A stretch of DNA of 64,000 nt. Source: Candidatus Buchananbacteria bacterium (lineage in GTDB: Bacteria; Patescibacteriota; Patescibacteriia; CAIXNZ01). The stretch lies in the NCBI GenBank assembly GCA_014729025.1, contig WJKP01000011.1, positions 6,500 to 70,499 of the forward strand, in the 5' to 3' direction. Below the pieces are notes generated by a model that saw only the letters and a program-made list of their open reading frames with translations, was not told where the DNA came from and made no database searches. The position numbers were made by a program, and so were the translations under genes. Positions within the stretch are counted from its first letter, which is position 1. Each line of letters begins with the position of its first letter. Positions 20,843 to 30,632 of the stretch are shown piece after piece.

Positions 20843-21808
20843 ATGTCTGAAAAATTTAAATTTTTAGAAATAGTTATTATTTTAACCCGTTCTTGTAATA
20901 AAAAAGAATGTAGTTATTGCCAGGTTAAAAAAGATTATAAAGTTAATAAACTGGAAAATAATTTATACCAATTAATTGAATTTTTGAAAAATAGTCCTGT
21001 AAAATCAGTTAGATTTTTAGGTGGTGAACCATTATTAAAATATAAGAAAATCAAGCAAATAATAAAAAATTTGCCCGATAAAAATTTTATAATCAATACG
21101 AATGGGTTGTTGTTAACTAAAGCCAAATCGGATTTTTTTAAAAAATACAATATCAAAATAATTTTAAGCCATGATGGTCAAGAACCCGATTTAAAAATTA
21201 ACAGATATTATACTGACAAGCAGATTGCGGTTATTAATGAAAATTTAATAAATTTAGAAAATTATCAAAAACAAACACAAATCAATTTAACCGTTTCACC
21301 GCAGACAATTGATAATTTATATAATAACCTGGCTTATATTTATAAGTTGGGTTTTAAAAAAATAAATATTTTGCCGGTTTTTTATCAGAACTGGCCACAG
21401 TCACAATTAAGACTATTAAAATTAGAGTTAAGTAAAATATTGGTTAATTTAAATAAATTCAAACAATTAGAATTGATTAATTTAAAATCATTCAGTTATT
21501 TGCCACTATTTAAAAATAGCTTATTAATAGATTGTGATGGTAATATTTTTTTCAGTACAGCCGTAATTGAAAAATTTTTCCACCAATACCGTAAGGAATT
21601 TATTAAGGCTAATATGATGATTTTATCAGAAAAAAAGAAAAATTATTCTGAGCTAAATTTTAAAGAAATTGAGGATTATAATAAGAAGATAGATAAATTG
21701 ATAATTAATGAGTTTTCTCACACAGTGATAACTTCTACGGAAAAAGTAAACAGGATTTTTGAAAATTTTATTAATAAATATTTAAAGATTAATAAAGCAA
21801 ATCTATGA
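20843..21808 (+). CDS. Radical SAM protein with non-canonical Cx4Cx2C cluster motif (candidate HxsC-type partner maturase)
   Basis: 'LTRSCNKKECSYC' (C-x4-C-x2-C). 'RFLGGEPLL'. 'INTNGLLL'. 4 nt downstream of the repeat peptide. Confidence 0.65.
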   Translation: MSEKFKFLEIVIILTRSCNKKECSYCQVKKDYKVNKLENNLYQLIEFLKNSPVKSVRFLGGEPLLKYKKIKQIIKNLPDKNFIINTNGLLLTKAKSDFFKKYNIKIILSHDGQEPDLKINRYYTDKQIAVINENLINLENYQKQTQINLTVSPQTIDNLYNNLAYIYKLGFKKINILPVFYQNWPQSQLRLLKLELSKILVNLNKFKQLELINLKSFSYLPLFKNSLLIDCDGNIFFSTAVIEKFFHQYRKEFIKANMMILSEKKKNYSELNFKEIEDYNKKIDKLIINEFSHTVITSTEKVNRIFENFINKYLKINKANL

Positions 21809-23304
21809 CACAAAAAATAAAAATTATTACATTGATCATAGTAATGATCATTTTAATTGTTGGCGGTTTATTATTATATTATTTTAAACCTGCTCCAAGT
21901 ATTAATCTGCCACCGCCAGTGGAAGAAGAAGAAAATTTGCAAACTAGATTGGAAAATGTCGTGGATTTTGGTTTTGTTAGTTCACCTTATACTTTGGATT
22001 CTATTTTAGAGTCAAGTGAATATCAGCAAATAAAACAAGAAGTTCATGATATTTGTTATGATGATAAAGGTAATTTGGGCTTGTATTTTTCTTGTTTAAG
22101 AGCTTTTGATACTTTTGCCGCCAATAAAATTAATAATCAATTACTTAATTTAAATCAGACGGATCAGCAGGATTTATTAACTAATTTGTATGAAATAGAT
22201 GAACGTTATGGGGTTCCAAGTCTGGATATTAGAACGCCTGAAATGATTTTTAGGACGCGAGAAGGTCAGGAATTAGTTAATTATTTTGAAGAAAACGCTA
22301 GTTTGGAGGATTTTAATTTTACCAATAATATTAATGAAATTTTTCAGCGCCAGTCTTTTAAAGAATGGTTAGATGATTTTCATGCTAAAAAACGTGAACT
22401 TTGTTATTTTCCTCCAGAAACTGATATTGCCAGAGATTGTGATTCTTTTACCACTCCTTATGCTAGTACTATTGTAATAAATTTTCTTTATCCGGAGAGA
22501 CAAGAAGAAGAAGTATTAAGTCTAGTTGGTGTTTTAGAACGAGGTATTTATAAAAGTGATGAAGATTTATTAGAAATATATAATAATTTATTGAGCCGTT
22601 ATTATAATGATTTTTTAGATAATTATGTTCAGGAAATGAAAAATAAATATCCGATTTTGGCTAGCGGACAAGTTACTGACTTGAATACTATTAATGATTT
22701 TCTCTTAGATCCTAACGATAGTTTAATTTATCAAGTCGGTAAATTATATTATTATGTGAATTATTTACATGTTGGTTCTAAAGGCAAGGTTAGGGATAAG
22801 CTCAACCAAAATTTAAATGATAAATTTGCAGAAGTAGCGGCTGATTTGGGTATTGACAATGACGATTTAAAGCAATATTTAATAGCAATTATTGGAGATG
22901 AAGAAGAAGTTATTGATCAATTAGTTAGTCAGTATAGAAACCTAAAAGTTAATTATCCAGCTAATGTTAATAAACTGGAAATCAATCCTACATTTATTTT
23001 TTGGGAAAGTATGGTCGAAGATCAGTATTATAATTATTTTACTGATGATTTTAATAATATTGATGCTTATTATGATGATTTGCGAACTTATAGATTGTAT
23101 ACTTATCTCTTGCTTTATTATAGCGATGACTATAAAAGTACTACTAATAGACAAGATGCTTTCGCTGAACGAGGTGAAGATGGCGGTCAAATGCAAAATG
23201 TATTTAAATTTAGCCGTTATATTGAAAGAGATGAATTGGATGAATTAATGAATTATTATAATAAAGAAAGAGGAACCATAATTGATTTGAGTGAAGGTCA
23301 TTAA
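21805..23304 (+). CDS. Membrane-anchored hypothetical protein
   Basis: N-terminal TM 'IITLIIVMIILIVGGLLLYYF', then a 470-aa soluble domain without recognisable motifs. Start overlaps the upstream stop (ATGA). Confidence 0.45.
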   Translation: MTQKIKIITLIIVMIILIVGGLLLYYFKPAPSINLPPPVEEEENLQTRLENVVDFGFVSSPYTLDSILESSEYQQIKQEVHDICYDDKGNLGLYFSCLRAFDTFAANKINNQLLNLNQTDQQDLLTNLYEIDERYGVPSLDIRTPEMIFRTREGQELVNYFEENASLEDFNFTNNINEIFQRQSFKEWLDDFHAKKRELCYFPPETDIARDCDSFTTPYASTIVINFLYPERQEEEVLSLVGVLERGIYKSDEDLLEIYNNLLSRYYNDFLDNYVQEMKNKYPILASGQVTDLNTINDFLLDPNDSLIYQVGKLYYYVNYLHVGSKGKVRDKLNQNLNDKFAEVAADLGIDNDDLKQYLIAIIGDEEEVIDQLVSQYRNLKVNYPANVNKLEINPTFIFWESMVEDQYYNYFTDDFNNIDAYYDDLRTYRLYTYLLLYYSDDYKSTTNRQDAFAERGEDGGQMQNVFKFSRYIERDELDELMNYYNKERGTIIDLSEGH

Positions 23305-23401
23305 AATTGATTAATTTCTAATATAAAAAACAGCCATAGATTATGGTTGTTTTTTATATTCAGATTGGGTATTATTATATATAGATTTGATTATTTTATT
23401 T

Positions 23402-24769
23402 ATGCCCCAAAATGAGAAAAAAATATTTAAGCAAAAATTTAAATTTTTAGATAAATATTTAGATTTATATAAAAAAGATTATTTGTCAGAATTTAAACTG
23501 GCCAAGGATTTTGTTTTTGAAAGGCTTAATCGCCGTAAAGAATGTACTTTTGATTATCCCCCTTATGTTTATTATAAAGAGGCAATAGATAAAGATCGTA
23601 ATCCTGATAACTTGTTTGACTTATGGCCGGATAAAACACCTTTTGTTATGTGTTTTTATTTTCCTTTCTGCACAAATAAATGCAGTTATTGTACTTTTAC
23701 AAATTTAAAGAAAAATATTGTCTCAGAATTTTCTGATTATTTGAAATATTATAAAAAAGAACTTTTGATGTATAAAGATTTGATTAAAAGAAATAAAATA
23801 AGCCATATTTATATTGGGGGTGGAACCCCGACTTTAATGACCGAGGAGCAATTAGAAGATTTATTAAAATTTATAAAAAAACATTTTTTACCTTATTTGC
23901 TTAAGCCTTTAGACGAGATAGAGTTTACCTGTGAAGCTTCTCCCCCGACTTTAACCGATAAAAAAATTAAAATATTAAAAAAATACGGTGTTAATACCAT
24001 TACTTTAGGTGTTCAGACACTAGATCCTAAGGTTTTAAAAACAATCGGCCGTTATCAGACAAAAGAACAGGTTATAAATGTTTTGCCTAAAATAATCAAG
24101 CTTTTTAAAGTCAATGTTGATATAATTGCCGGTTTACCAGCTAGTAATTTGCAGATTTTCGCTCAGGATTTAAATACGATAGTAAAATTAAAACCGCAGC
24201 ATTTAGGAGTTTATTTATTGACTTTATATGATCATTCTAAATTAGGTCAGTCTGATTATTATGTGCCACGTAAAGATTATCTGCAATATTATGATTTAGC
24301 TTATAAAACTTTATCAAAACAAGGTTATATTCATAGTACTTTTGAAGAATATTCATTGGATCATAAATATCGTTTAATGTATTTAGAAGATTTTCTGGAA
24401 AATAATCTGCATTTAACTACTGGTTTGGGTGACTCTGGTTTTACCGGAACTCATTGGTATAATAATACTGATGATATGGGTAAATATAAAAATTATATTA
24501 AAAATGGATTATTACCAATAGACAAGAAATATAAAATGACGATTGCGGATTTGCAAGTTAAATTTATTATTTATGGTCTTAGAAAATTAAATTTAAATAA
24601 AAAAGAATACCTTAAAATGTTTAATGAACCGATTGAAAAAAGATATTCTTTAGAAATAAACGCTTTAACTGATTTGGGTTTTTTGAAGCACGAGGGTAAT
24701 AAAATAGATTTAACCTATGAAGGCAAAAGAGATTTTGAGTTGATTATGCAGTTTTTTATGAGACTTTAG
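23402..24769 (+). CDS. HemN/HemW-like radical SAM protein
   Basis: 'FPFCTNKCSYCTF' CxxxCxxC. HemN-family 'IYIGGGTPTLM' (GGGTP) motif. C-terminal HemN_C-like region. Confidence 0.75.
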   Translation: MPQNEKKIFKQKFKFLDKYLDLYKKDYLSEFKLAKDFVFERLNRRKECTFDYPPYVYYKEAIDKDRNPDNLFDLWPDKTPFVMCFYFPFCTNKCSYCTFTNLKKNIVSEFSDYLKYYKKELLMYKDLIKRNKISHIYIGGGTPTLMTEEQLEDLLKFIKKHFLPYLLKPLDEIEFTCEASPPTLTDKKIKILKKYGVNTITLGVQTLDPKVLKTIGRYQTKEQVINVLPKIIKLFKVNVDIIAGLPASNLQIFAQDLNTIVKLKPQHLGVYLLTLYDHSKLGQSDYYVPRKDYLQYYDLAYKTLSKQGYIHSTFEEYSLDHKYRLMYLEDFLENNLHLTTGLGDSGFTGTHWYNNTDDMGKYKNYIKNGLLPIDKKYKMTIADLQVKFIIYGLRKLNLNKKEYLKMFNEPIEKRYSLEINALTDLGFLKHEGNKIDLTYEGKRDFELIMQFFMRL

Positions 24770-25553
24770 GCTCTAGTAAAAGCGAGTTATTAATAATTTT
24801 ATTGAAACGATTTTTTTCTATTTGTCGCGTTGATTTATAGGTTTGAAAATTCCCCTTATAAAATGAAGTATAATATTTATTTGTGAATTGCAATGGCTGA
24901 TTTTGTGGGTTTAGGCAATAATTGGGGCAATTTTTAATTATTTTTAAATAATTATTAGCTTGTTTGATTAAAGCTAGTGGACAAGTTCTACTTAAAGAAA
25001 AAATAATATAAGGTGTGTAAAGATTAATTTTAAGATTTTTAAGATTATCTAAAGCGATTCCTTGGCCCAGATTTTCAAGTTCAATTGTATCAATTTCATT
25101 TTTCAGTAACCAATCAGCAAATAAAGGATTATTAATTACATTATAAGTGCAAATTTTATCAAATTTAGTTTTAAAATGAGCATAATATGGATCTTTTTTT
25201 TGATTAGCAATAAAGATGCCGGCAATTAGTTTAATATTTTTATTTTTCAAATAATCCCACCCCCCCCAATCATTAAAAACTAATTCAAAAATATTTTCAG
25301 CTTGATTATTTTTTATGATTTTAATTATTTTATCTAAGTATTCAAAATAATTATTAGGTAATAAAGGCGTAAGTAAGGTTAGTCTTTTTTTATTTTTTTG
25401 GGATTTTTTTAAATATGATTGAAAAATTTCAGGTTGAGGTAATAAAAATGGGCAAGTATTTGAACCAATATAAAAATTATCATATTTCGGTAAATAAGTA
25501 TCAAATTGTTGAGGTGTTAAAATTTGAATAGCTTGGTTAGTCTTTTGGAGCAT
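24756..25553 (-). CDS. U32-family-like protein (possible UbiV/partner-type subunit)
   Basis: 265 aa. Overlaps the next U32 gene by 17 nt. N-terminal 'FYIGSNTCPF' resembles the start of the second U32 module in UbiU/UbiV-type pairs. Weak. Confidence 0.4.
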   Translation of the reverse strand: MLQKTNQAIQILTPQQFDTYLPKYDNFYIGSNTCPFLLPQPEIFQSYLKKSQKNKKRLTLLTPLLPNNYFEYLDKIIKIIKNNQAENIFELVFNDWGGWDYLKNKNIKLIAGIFIANQKKDPYYAHFKTKFDKICTYNVINNPLFADWLLKNEIDTIELENLGQGIALDNLKNLKINLYTPYIIFSLSRTCPLALIKQANNYLKIIKNCPNYCLNPQNQPLQFTNKYYTSFYKGNFQTYKSTRQIEKNRFNKIINNSLLLEPKVS

Positions 25554-26466
25554 AAGGGCAAATATGACAATAGTTTTTTTTAAAAATTATTTGATGTAAT
25601 AATTTAGCTTTTTTTTGAAATTGTAAATGATTAGGATAATTTTGAGCAATATTTTGAGCTTGCTTGATAAATAAAACCATCAGTCCTTTATCCCTGGCTG
25701 ATCTGTCACGGCCAACTATTTTTCCGCTAACAATATTTTTTTGTTCTTTAAAAAGTGATAAAAAACAGGCTCGGCATAGTGTTTTCTGACGAATAATTGT
25801 TTGGAAATTTTTTTCTAATTTTTTATCAATTGAAGTATAAAGCGGTTCTCTTTCACAAACAAATTCAATTCCGTCTGGTTTCATGAAATGGATTGATGAA
25901 CACAACCCATCAATATTAGAACAATTATCATCATAAATAAAAACTTCGAATTCAATTTGAGGCAGATTTTTAGCTAAATTACTAATCTCATTAATTGTCA
26001 GGTTGCGGGGAAGTATAATTCGGTTAATTTTAAAATTCTTACACCAAAATTGCGCTGATTTAGTATTTATAACTTGATCAAGCGAACTTAAATGAATGGG
26101 TAGACTTTTAGTTAATTTTCTTATAAGTTTAATAATAATAGGATCTTTGGCTATAATCGCGTCAGGCTTAATTTCTATGATTTTTTTTAGCTCATTATTT
26201 ATTTGATGTGTACCAGAAAAAATAGTATCAGTATTAAAAACAACATTAACTTTTTTATTATTTTTGCGAGCGGAATTAATGACTTGTTTGGCTTCTAAAA
26301 AAGAAGTAGTATTAGCCAAAATATTGTCCCGACGATTTAAATGGTTGTAAAATTGATTTTTTTTATGCCAATCTTGAGAAAAAATTCCCATATAAAATTC
26401 ATCTGCTCCGTTTTTTATTAAAGCAGGTAATTCAGTATAGCGTGAAATTGGGGCTAAGATTTTCAT
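25537..26466 (-). CDS. Peptidase U32 family protein (Fe-S RlhA/TrhP/UbiU-like)
   Basis: N-terminal 'MKILAPISRYTELPALIKNGADEFYMGIF' matches the U32 signature (M-x-LLAPAG-x-E-x-L-x-A-x-GADAVY-GG). Several downstream Cys could ligate a 4Fe-4S cluster. Confidence 0.65.
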   Translation of the reverse strand: MKILAPISRYTELPALIKNGADEFYMGIFSQDWHKKNQFYNHLNRRDNILANTTSFLEAKQVINSARKNNKKVNVVFNTDTIFSGTHQINNELKKIIEIKPDAIIAKDPIIIKLIRKLTKSLPIHLSSLDQVINTKSAQFWCKNFKINRIILPRNLTINEISNLAKNLPQIEFEVFIYDDNCSNIDGLCSSIHFMKPDGIEFVCEREPLYTSIDKKLEKNFQTIIRQKTLCRACFLSLFKEQKNIVSGKIVGRDRSARDKGLMVLFIKQAQNIAQNYPNHLQFQKKAKLLHQIIFKKNYCHICPYAPKD

Positions 26467-26524
26467 AAAATTTATAAGTTTATTATAATTAAATTACTTT
26501 ACTAAGGCAAATAAATTAATCATA

Positions 26525-27862
26525 ATGGTTAAAAATAATTTATTAATTAAGGAAAAAATAGCTAGTAAACCGAAGTATTGGCTTAGGTTGAGTTATGCTT
26601 GTAATAATAATTGTTTGTTTTGTTTAGATAAAGAGGCACAAAGTAATAATGAGCAATTTGTTTCAGAAAAAGATTTGCAATCAGAAATAAAGCAAGCTTT
26701 AAAAGAAGGATATCGGAAAATTATTTTAAGTGGAGGTGAACCAACAATTCATCCTCGTTTTTTGCATCTTGTGAAATTTTGTCAAAATTTAGGTTTTGAA
26801 AGAATTCAAATTATTACTAATGGCAGAATGTTAGCTTATCGTAAATTTGCCAGACAAACCTTGATAAGCGGGGTCAATGAAGTGACTTTTTCTTTGCATG
26901 GACTTGATGCACAAACCCACGATTATTTAGTCGGAGTTGAAGGAGCTTATGATCAATTAATTCAGGGGTTACATAATATTCGAGCGTCTAATTGCATTAT
27001 AAATATTGATATTGTACTTAATAAAAAAAATATTAAGCAGGTTCATGAGATTATTGATTTTTTTTCTAAAAATTATAGTATTTATGAATATGATCTTTTA
27101 CATTTAATACCTTTTGGTAATGCTTTTAAAAATTTATCAAATTTGGTTTTATCATATAAAGATTATCAGCAAAAAAGCTGGCAGAAAGTTTTGACTTTGG
27201 CAAAGAATGATAAGAGATATTTTATTTGGACTAACCGCTTGCCAGCCCAATATTTAGAAGACCATGAAGCTTTAATCCAAGACCCCCATAAATTATCGGA
27301 TGAATTAAAGGGGCGAAGGCATATGTTTGAAAATTATTTGCAAAATAACAAAGAGCTTGCTTGTAAAGATGGTCAACGTTGTGCTTTTTGTTTTTTGCAT
27401 GATTTTTGTTTGAAGTTATCTCAGTTTAAGGAGAATATTAATTATAAACCTAAATATAATATTAAATTTTTAACTCAAAAAAATTTAAATGAATTAAATT
27501 CTAATAATTTAATTGTAGCAATTAAAAATTTTGAGTTTTTGGAAAAGTTAAAAGACCAAACAGTTAATCTGGATGAGTTCAAGAATAAGACTAAAAACGG
27601 AAATTTAAAATTTATTAATTTACCTTATTGTCTAGCTGGCCAGAATAATCAAGTTGTTTATGATTTTTTGATTTATTTGCCAAAAGTTTTGAATAACAAA
27701 AAACAGATTGATTTGCATAAATTTGCCAAAATGTATATTAGCAATTTATATTATTTGAAATCAGTGAGGTGTGATGATTGTAAATACAATAATCAATGCG
27801 CTGGTTGGCATATTAATTATTTAAGATATTATGGTTTTAAAATTTTAAAACCAGTTAAATAG
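26525..27862 (+). CDS. Radical SAM protein, tandem paralog 1, with C-terminal Cx2Cx5C twitch-like motif and extra Cys-rich insert
   Basis: 'LRLSYACNNNCLFCLD'. 'LSGGEPTIHP'. 'ITNGRML'. C-terminal 'LPYCLAG...CDDCKYNNQCAGWHINYLRYYGF'. Confidence 0.8.
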   Translation: MVKNNLLIKEKIASKPKYWLRLSYACNNNCLFCLDKEAQSNNEQFVSEKDLQSEIKQALKEGYRKIILSGGEPTIHPRFLHLVKFCQNLGFERIQIITNGRMLAYRKFARQTLISGVNEVTFSLHGLDAQTHDYLVGVEGAYDQLIQGLHNIRASNCIINIDIVLNKKNIKQVHEIIDFFSKNYSIYEYDLLHLIPFGNAFKNLSNLVLSYKDYQQKSWQKVLTLAKNDKRYFIWTNRLPAQYLEDHEALIQDPHKLSDELKGRRHMFENYLQNNKELACKDGQRCAFCFLHDFCLKLSQFKENINYKPKYNIKFLTQKNLNELNSNNLIVAIKNFEFLEKLKDQTVNLDEFKNKTKNGNLKFINLPYCLAGQNNQVVYDFLIYLPKVLNNKKQIDLHKFAKMYISNLYYLKSVRCDDCKYNNQCAGWHINYLRYYGFKILKPVK

Positions 27863-27863
27863 T

Positions 27864-28751
27864 ATGAAAGAAAAAAGACTGGAAATTTTCATAACTTTTA
27901 AGTGTAATAACGATTGTCTTTTTTGCGTGGAAAAAACAAATAAGGATAAATATAAGGGTAAACAAATTTTTAGGGATAAACAGCATATTGAAGAAGAATT
28001 GAATAAATATCGCAAGCAAGGTTACACTTATTTGAATTTATTAGGCGGGGAACCTTTTTTAGCGAAAGATTTTTCGACTATTTTGCAGACCTCCAAATCC
28101 TTGGGTTTTGTTGTGGCCTTAGCGACAAATGCCAGTGTCTTATCTTCAGAAAAAATAGCCGAACAATATTTGCCATATATTGATGAATTAATTGTTTCAA
28201 TTCATGGCCATAATAAATTATTAATTAATCAGATTAGTCAAAATCCTAATTTGTATGATAAGTTAATTAAAGGTTTGAATAATATTAAAAAATATTTTAA
28301 AGGCCGGTTATTAAAAGCAAATTGCGTGATTAATAATTTAAATCATAAATATTTACTTGATATTTTAAAATTTATAAATAAATTCAATATAAAAGAAGTT
28401 AATTTAACTTATATGGATATTGATAAATATTGCCAAAATTATGTTGTTAAGATGGAAGATTTGCGTCCTTTGATTAAACCTTTGGTTGATTATAGTGAAC
28501 AACAAAATATGGTTTTGCGTTTTTCTGAATTACCATATTGTGTTTTAGGCGATTATTATTATCTGGCTAATGATTTGTATTTTCAAAATCGGGATAAGTA
28601 TTTTGTTGATGGCAAAAAAGACAAGGTTTATTTTTGGAAAAAATATAAAGGCAAAGTTTGTCAGGATTGCAATGTTACGGATATTTGTAAGGGGCTAAAC
28701 AAGGATTATTATAAACTTTATGGTGATAAAGAATTAATTGCTTTTCAATAA
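27864..28751 (+). CDS. Radical SAM protein, tandem paralog 2
   Basis: 'ITFKCNNDCLFCVEK'. 'LLGGEPFL'. C-terminal 'LPYCVLG...CQDCNVTDICKGLNKDYYKLYG'. Confidence 0.8.
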   Translation: MKEKRLEIFITFKCNNDCLFCVEKTNKDKYKGKQIFRDKQHIEEELNKYRKQGYTYLNLLGGEPFLAKDFSTILQTSKSLGFVVALATNASVLSSEKIAEQYLPYIDELIVSIHGHNKLLINQISQNPNLYDKLIKGLNNIKKYFKGRLLKANCVINNLNHKYLLDILKFINKFNIKEVNLTYMDIDKYCQNYVVKMEDLRPLIKPLVDYSEQQNMVLRFSELPYCVLGDYYYLANDLYFQNRDKYFVDGKKDKVYFWKKYKGKVCQDCNVTDICKGLNKDYYKLYGDKELIAFQ

Positions 28752-29700
28752 TATGAAAAATTTGGAAATAAATATTGGCAAGGCTTGTAATAATAAATGT
28801 AAATTTTGCATGAGTATAAATTCTATTCCTGAATTTTTGCGTTTTGCTGATTTTGCAGATTTAAAAAATGATTTAATTAAATACAAAAAACAAGGTTATG
28901 ATTCTTTGGGTTTTTTGGGCGGGGAAGTCACTTTGTACCCCAAATTAGTTGATTTGGTTAATTTAGCTAAAGAATTAGGATTTAAAGAAATTCATTTGAT
29001 TACTAATGGTCGGAATTTAAAAGACATGGCTTATACGCAGTCCTTGGTTGAAAATGGTATAACTCGTTTTTCTTTATCAATTCATAGTCATTGCGCCCAT
29101 GTAGAAGATGACTTGACTCAAGTTCCTGGTGGTTTTAAGGAAAAAATTCAAGGCCTTAAAAATTTATTAGAATTATCTAATCAAGGAATAATAAAAAAAG
29201 AGATTTGTTTGAATTTGGTTGTTAATAAAAAAAATTATCAAGATTTGGTAAAAACATTCAGTTTTTTTAGCAAATTAGGTGTTAAAAATTTTCGTTTTAA
29301 TTTTATGTGGCCCAGAGGTAATGCAAGTCAATATTTCAAAGAACTTTTGCTTTCTTATAAAGATTTTTTGCCTTATTTAAAGAAATTAATAAATTTAGCC
29401 AAAGTTTTAAGAGTACATTTAGTTTTTGAGGGATTGCCATTTTGTATTTTAAAAGATTTTGATCAAAAAGAAATTAAAAATTATATCGGTGAATTATTGG
29501 ATTTTAAAACTGATGTTTCTGATTTTAATTTTGATAAAAAAGAACGTTATGCTTTTAATTGGCAAGAACGCAAGAAAAACGAATTAAAAGAAAAAAGAGC
29601 AGAATGTGAGAAATGTTTTTATAATTCCATTTGTGAAGGTGTTTGGAAAGAATATATAAAATTTTATGGTTGGGAAGAATTTCAGCCAGTTATTAAATAA
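28738..29700 (+). CDS. Radical SAM protein, tandem paralog 3
   Basis: 'NIGKACNNKCKFCMS'. 'FLGGEVTLYP'. 'ITNGRNL'. C-terminal 'LPFCILKDF...CEKCFYNSICEGVWKEYIKFYGW'. Alternative start at 28753 (MKNLEI). Confidence 0.8.
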   Translation: MLFNNMKNLEINIGKACNNKCKFCMSINSIPEFLRFADFADLKNDLIKYKKQGYDSLGFLGGEVTLYPKLVDLVNLAKELGFKEIHLITNGRNLKDMAYTQSLVENGITRFSLSIHSHCAHVEDDLTQVPGGFKEKIQGLKNLLELSNQGIIKKEICLNLVVNKKNYQDLVKTFSFFSKLGVKNFRFNFMWPRGNASQYFKELLLSYKDFLPYLKKLINLAKVLRVHLVFEGLPFCILKDFDQKEIKNYIGELLDFKTDVSDFNFDKKERYAFNWQERKKNELKEKRAECEKCFYNSICEGVWKEYIKFYGWEEFQPVIK

Positions 29701-29702
29701 TT

Positions 29703-30632
29703 ATGGCAAATTTAGGTTATATTCAATTAAATAGAGTTTGTAATCAAGCCTGTCTTTTTTGTTCCAATCCTGATACTGGGGCAAGCTTAAATTTTATTGA
29801 ATTTAAGGATAAGGTTGCAGATTTGATTAAAAGAAATTATGATGGAGTTATTTTAACCGGCGGCGAGCCGACCTTGATAGATTATTTGCCAGAAGCAATT
29901 AAATTTTGCACTGAGAAGAAAATTAATTCTCGTTTAATTACTAATGGGCAAAATACAGCTAATTTTGAATATTTGAAAAAGTTAAAAGATTCTGGTTTGA
30001 ATCTGATGCATGTTTCTTTATATTCTTATAAAACTAAAATTCAAAATTATTTAAGTCAAAATAATGATTCTTATAATAATATTATTAAGACTTTAAAAAA
30101 TGCAACTAAATTAAATATCGTAATTAATATTAATACTGTAATTAATAAGTATAATGCTGATCATTTGGATAAAACCGTTTTTTTTATAATAAGAAATTTT
30201 CCGCAAATAAAGCATTTTGTTTTTAATAATCTTGACCCATATATGAATCGAGCTTCGCAGAATAAACATACCATACCAGGTTTATTTGATTTTGAAATAT
30301 CATTAAATAAAGCAATGCAAATATTATTTAAAAATAATAAAACTTTTCGGGTAGAACGAGTACCTTTATGTTATATGGGCGATTTTCCGCAGTTTAGCAC
30401 TGAAACAAGAAAAATTATTAAACAAGAAGAAAGAGTTGTTCATTTTTTGGATGAAAAGGGTCTGATTAGGCAGGATACCGATTCATTTAAATATAAAAAA
30501 GGTAAAGTTTGTAAAAGATGTAATTTAAATGATATTTGTGCCGGCTTATATTCTTTAGGTGAATATTTTGCGGAAAAAGAATTAAAGCCTGTCAAGAATG
30601 TTACTAAAGAACAAGTTAAAGCAAAATTATGA
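29703..30632 (+). CDS. Radical SAM protein, tandem paralog 4
   Basis: 'QLNRVCNQACLFCSN'. 'LTGGEPTL'. 'ITNGQN'. C-terminal 'VPLCYMGDF...CKRCNLNDICAGLYSLGEYF'. Confidence 0.8.
   Translation: MANLGYIQLNRVCNQACLFCSNPDTGASLNFIEFKDKVADLIKRNYDGVILTGGEPTLIDYLPEAIKFCTEKKINSRLITNGQNTANFEYLKKLKDSGLNLMHVSLYSYKTKIQNYLSQNNDSYNNIIKTLKNATKLNIVININTVINKYNADHLDKTVFFIIRNFPQIKHFVFNNLDPYMNRASQNKHTIPGLFDFEISLNKAMQILFKNNKTFRVERVPLCYMGDFPQFSTETRKIIKQEERVVHFLDEKGLIRQDTDSFKYKKGKVCKRCNLNDICAGLYSLGEYFAEKELKPVKNVTKEQVKAKL

Noticed and set aside
20685-20867. 60-aa ORF reading the 9-bp tandem repeat in another frame (MARMVRTV... repeats)
   Set aside because: Frame artefact of the tandem repeat. The upstream-anchored frame gives the Cys-rich (SHG)n protein contiguous with a TM helix and start codon.
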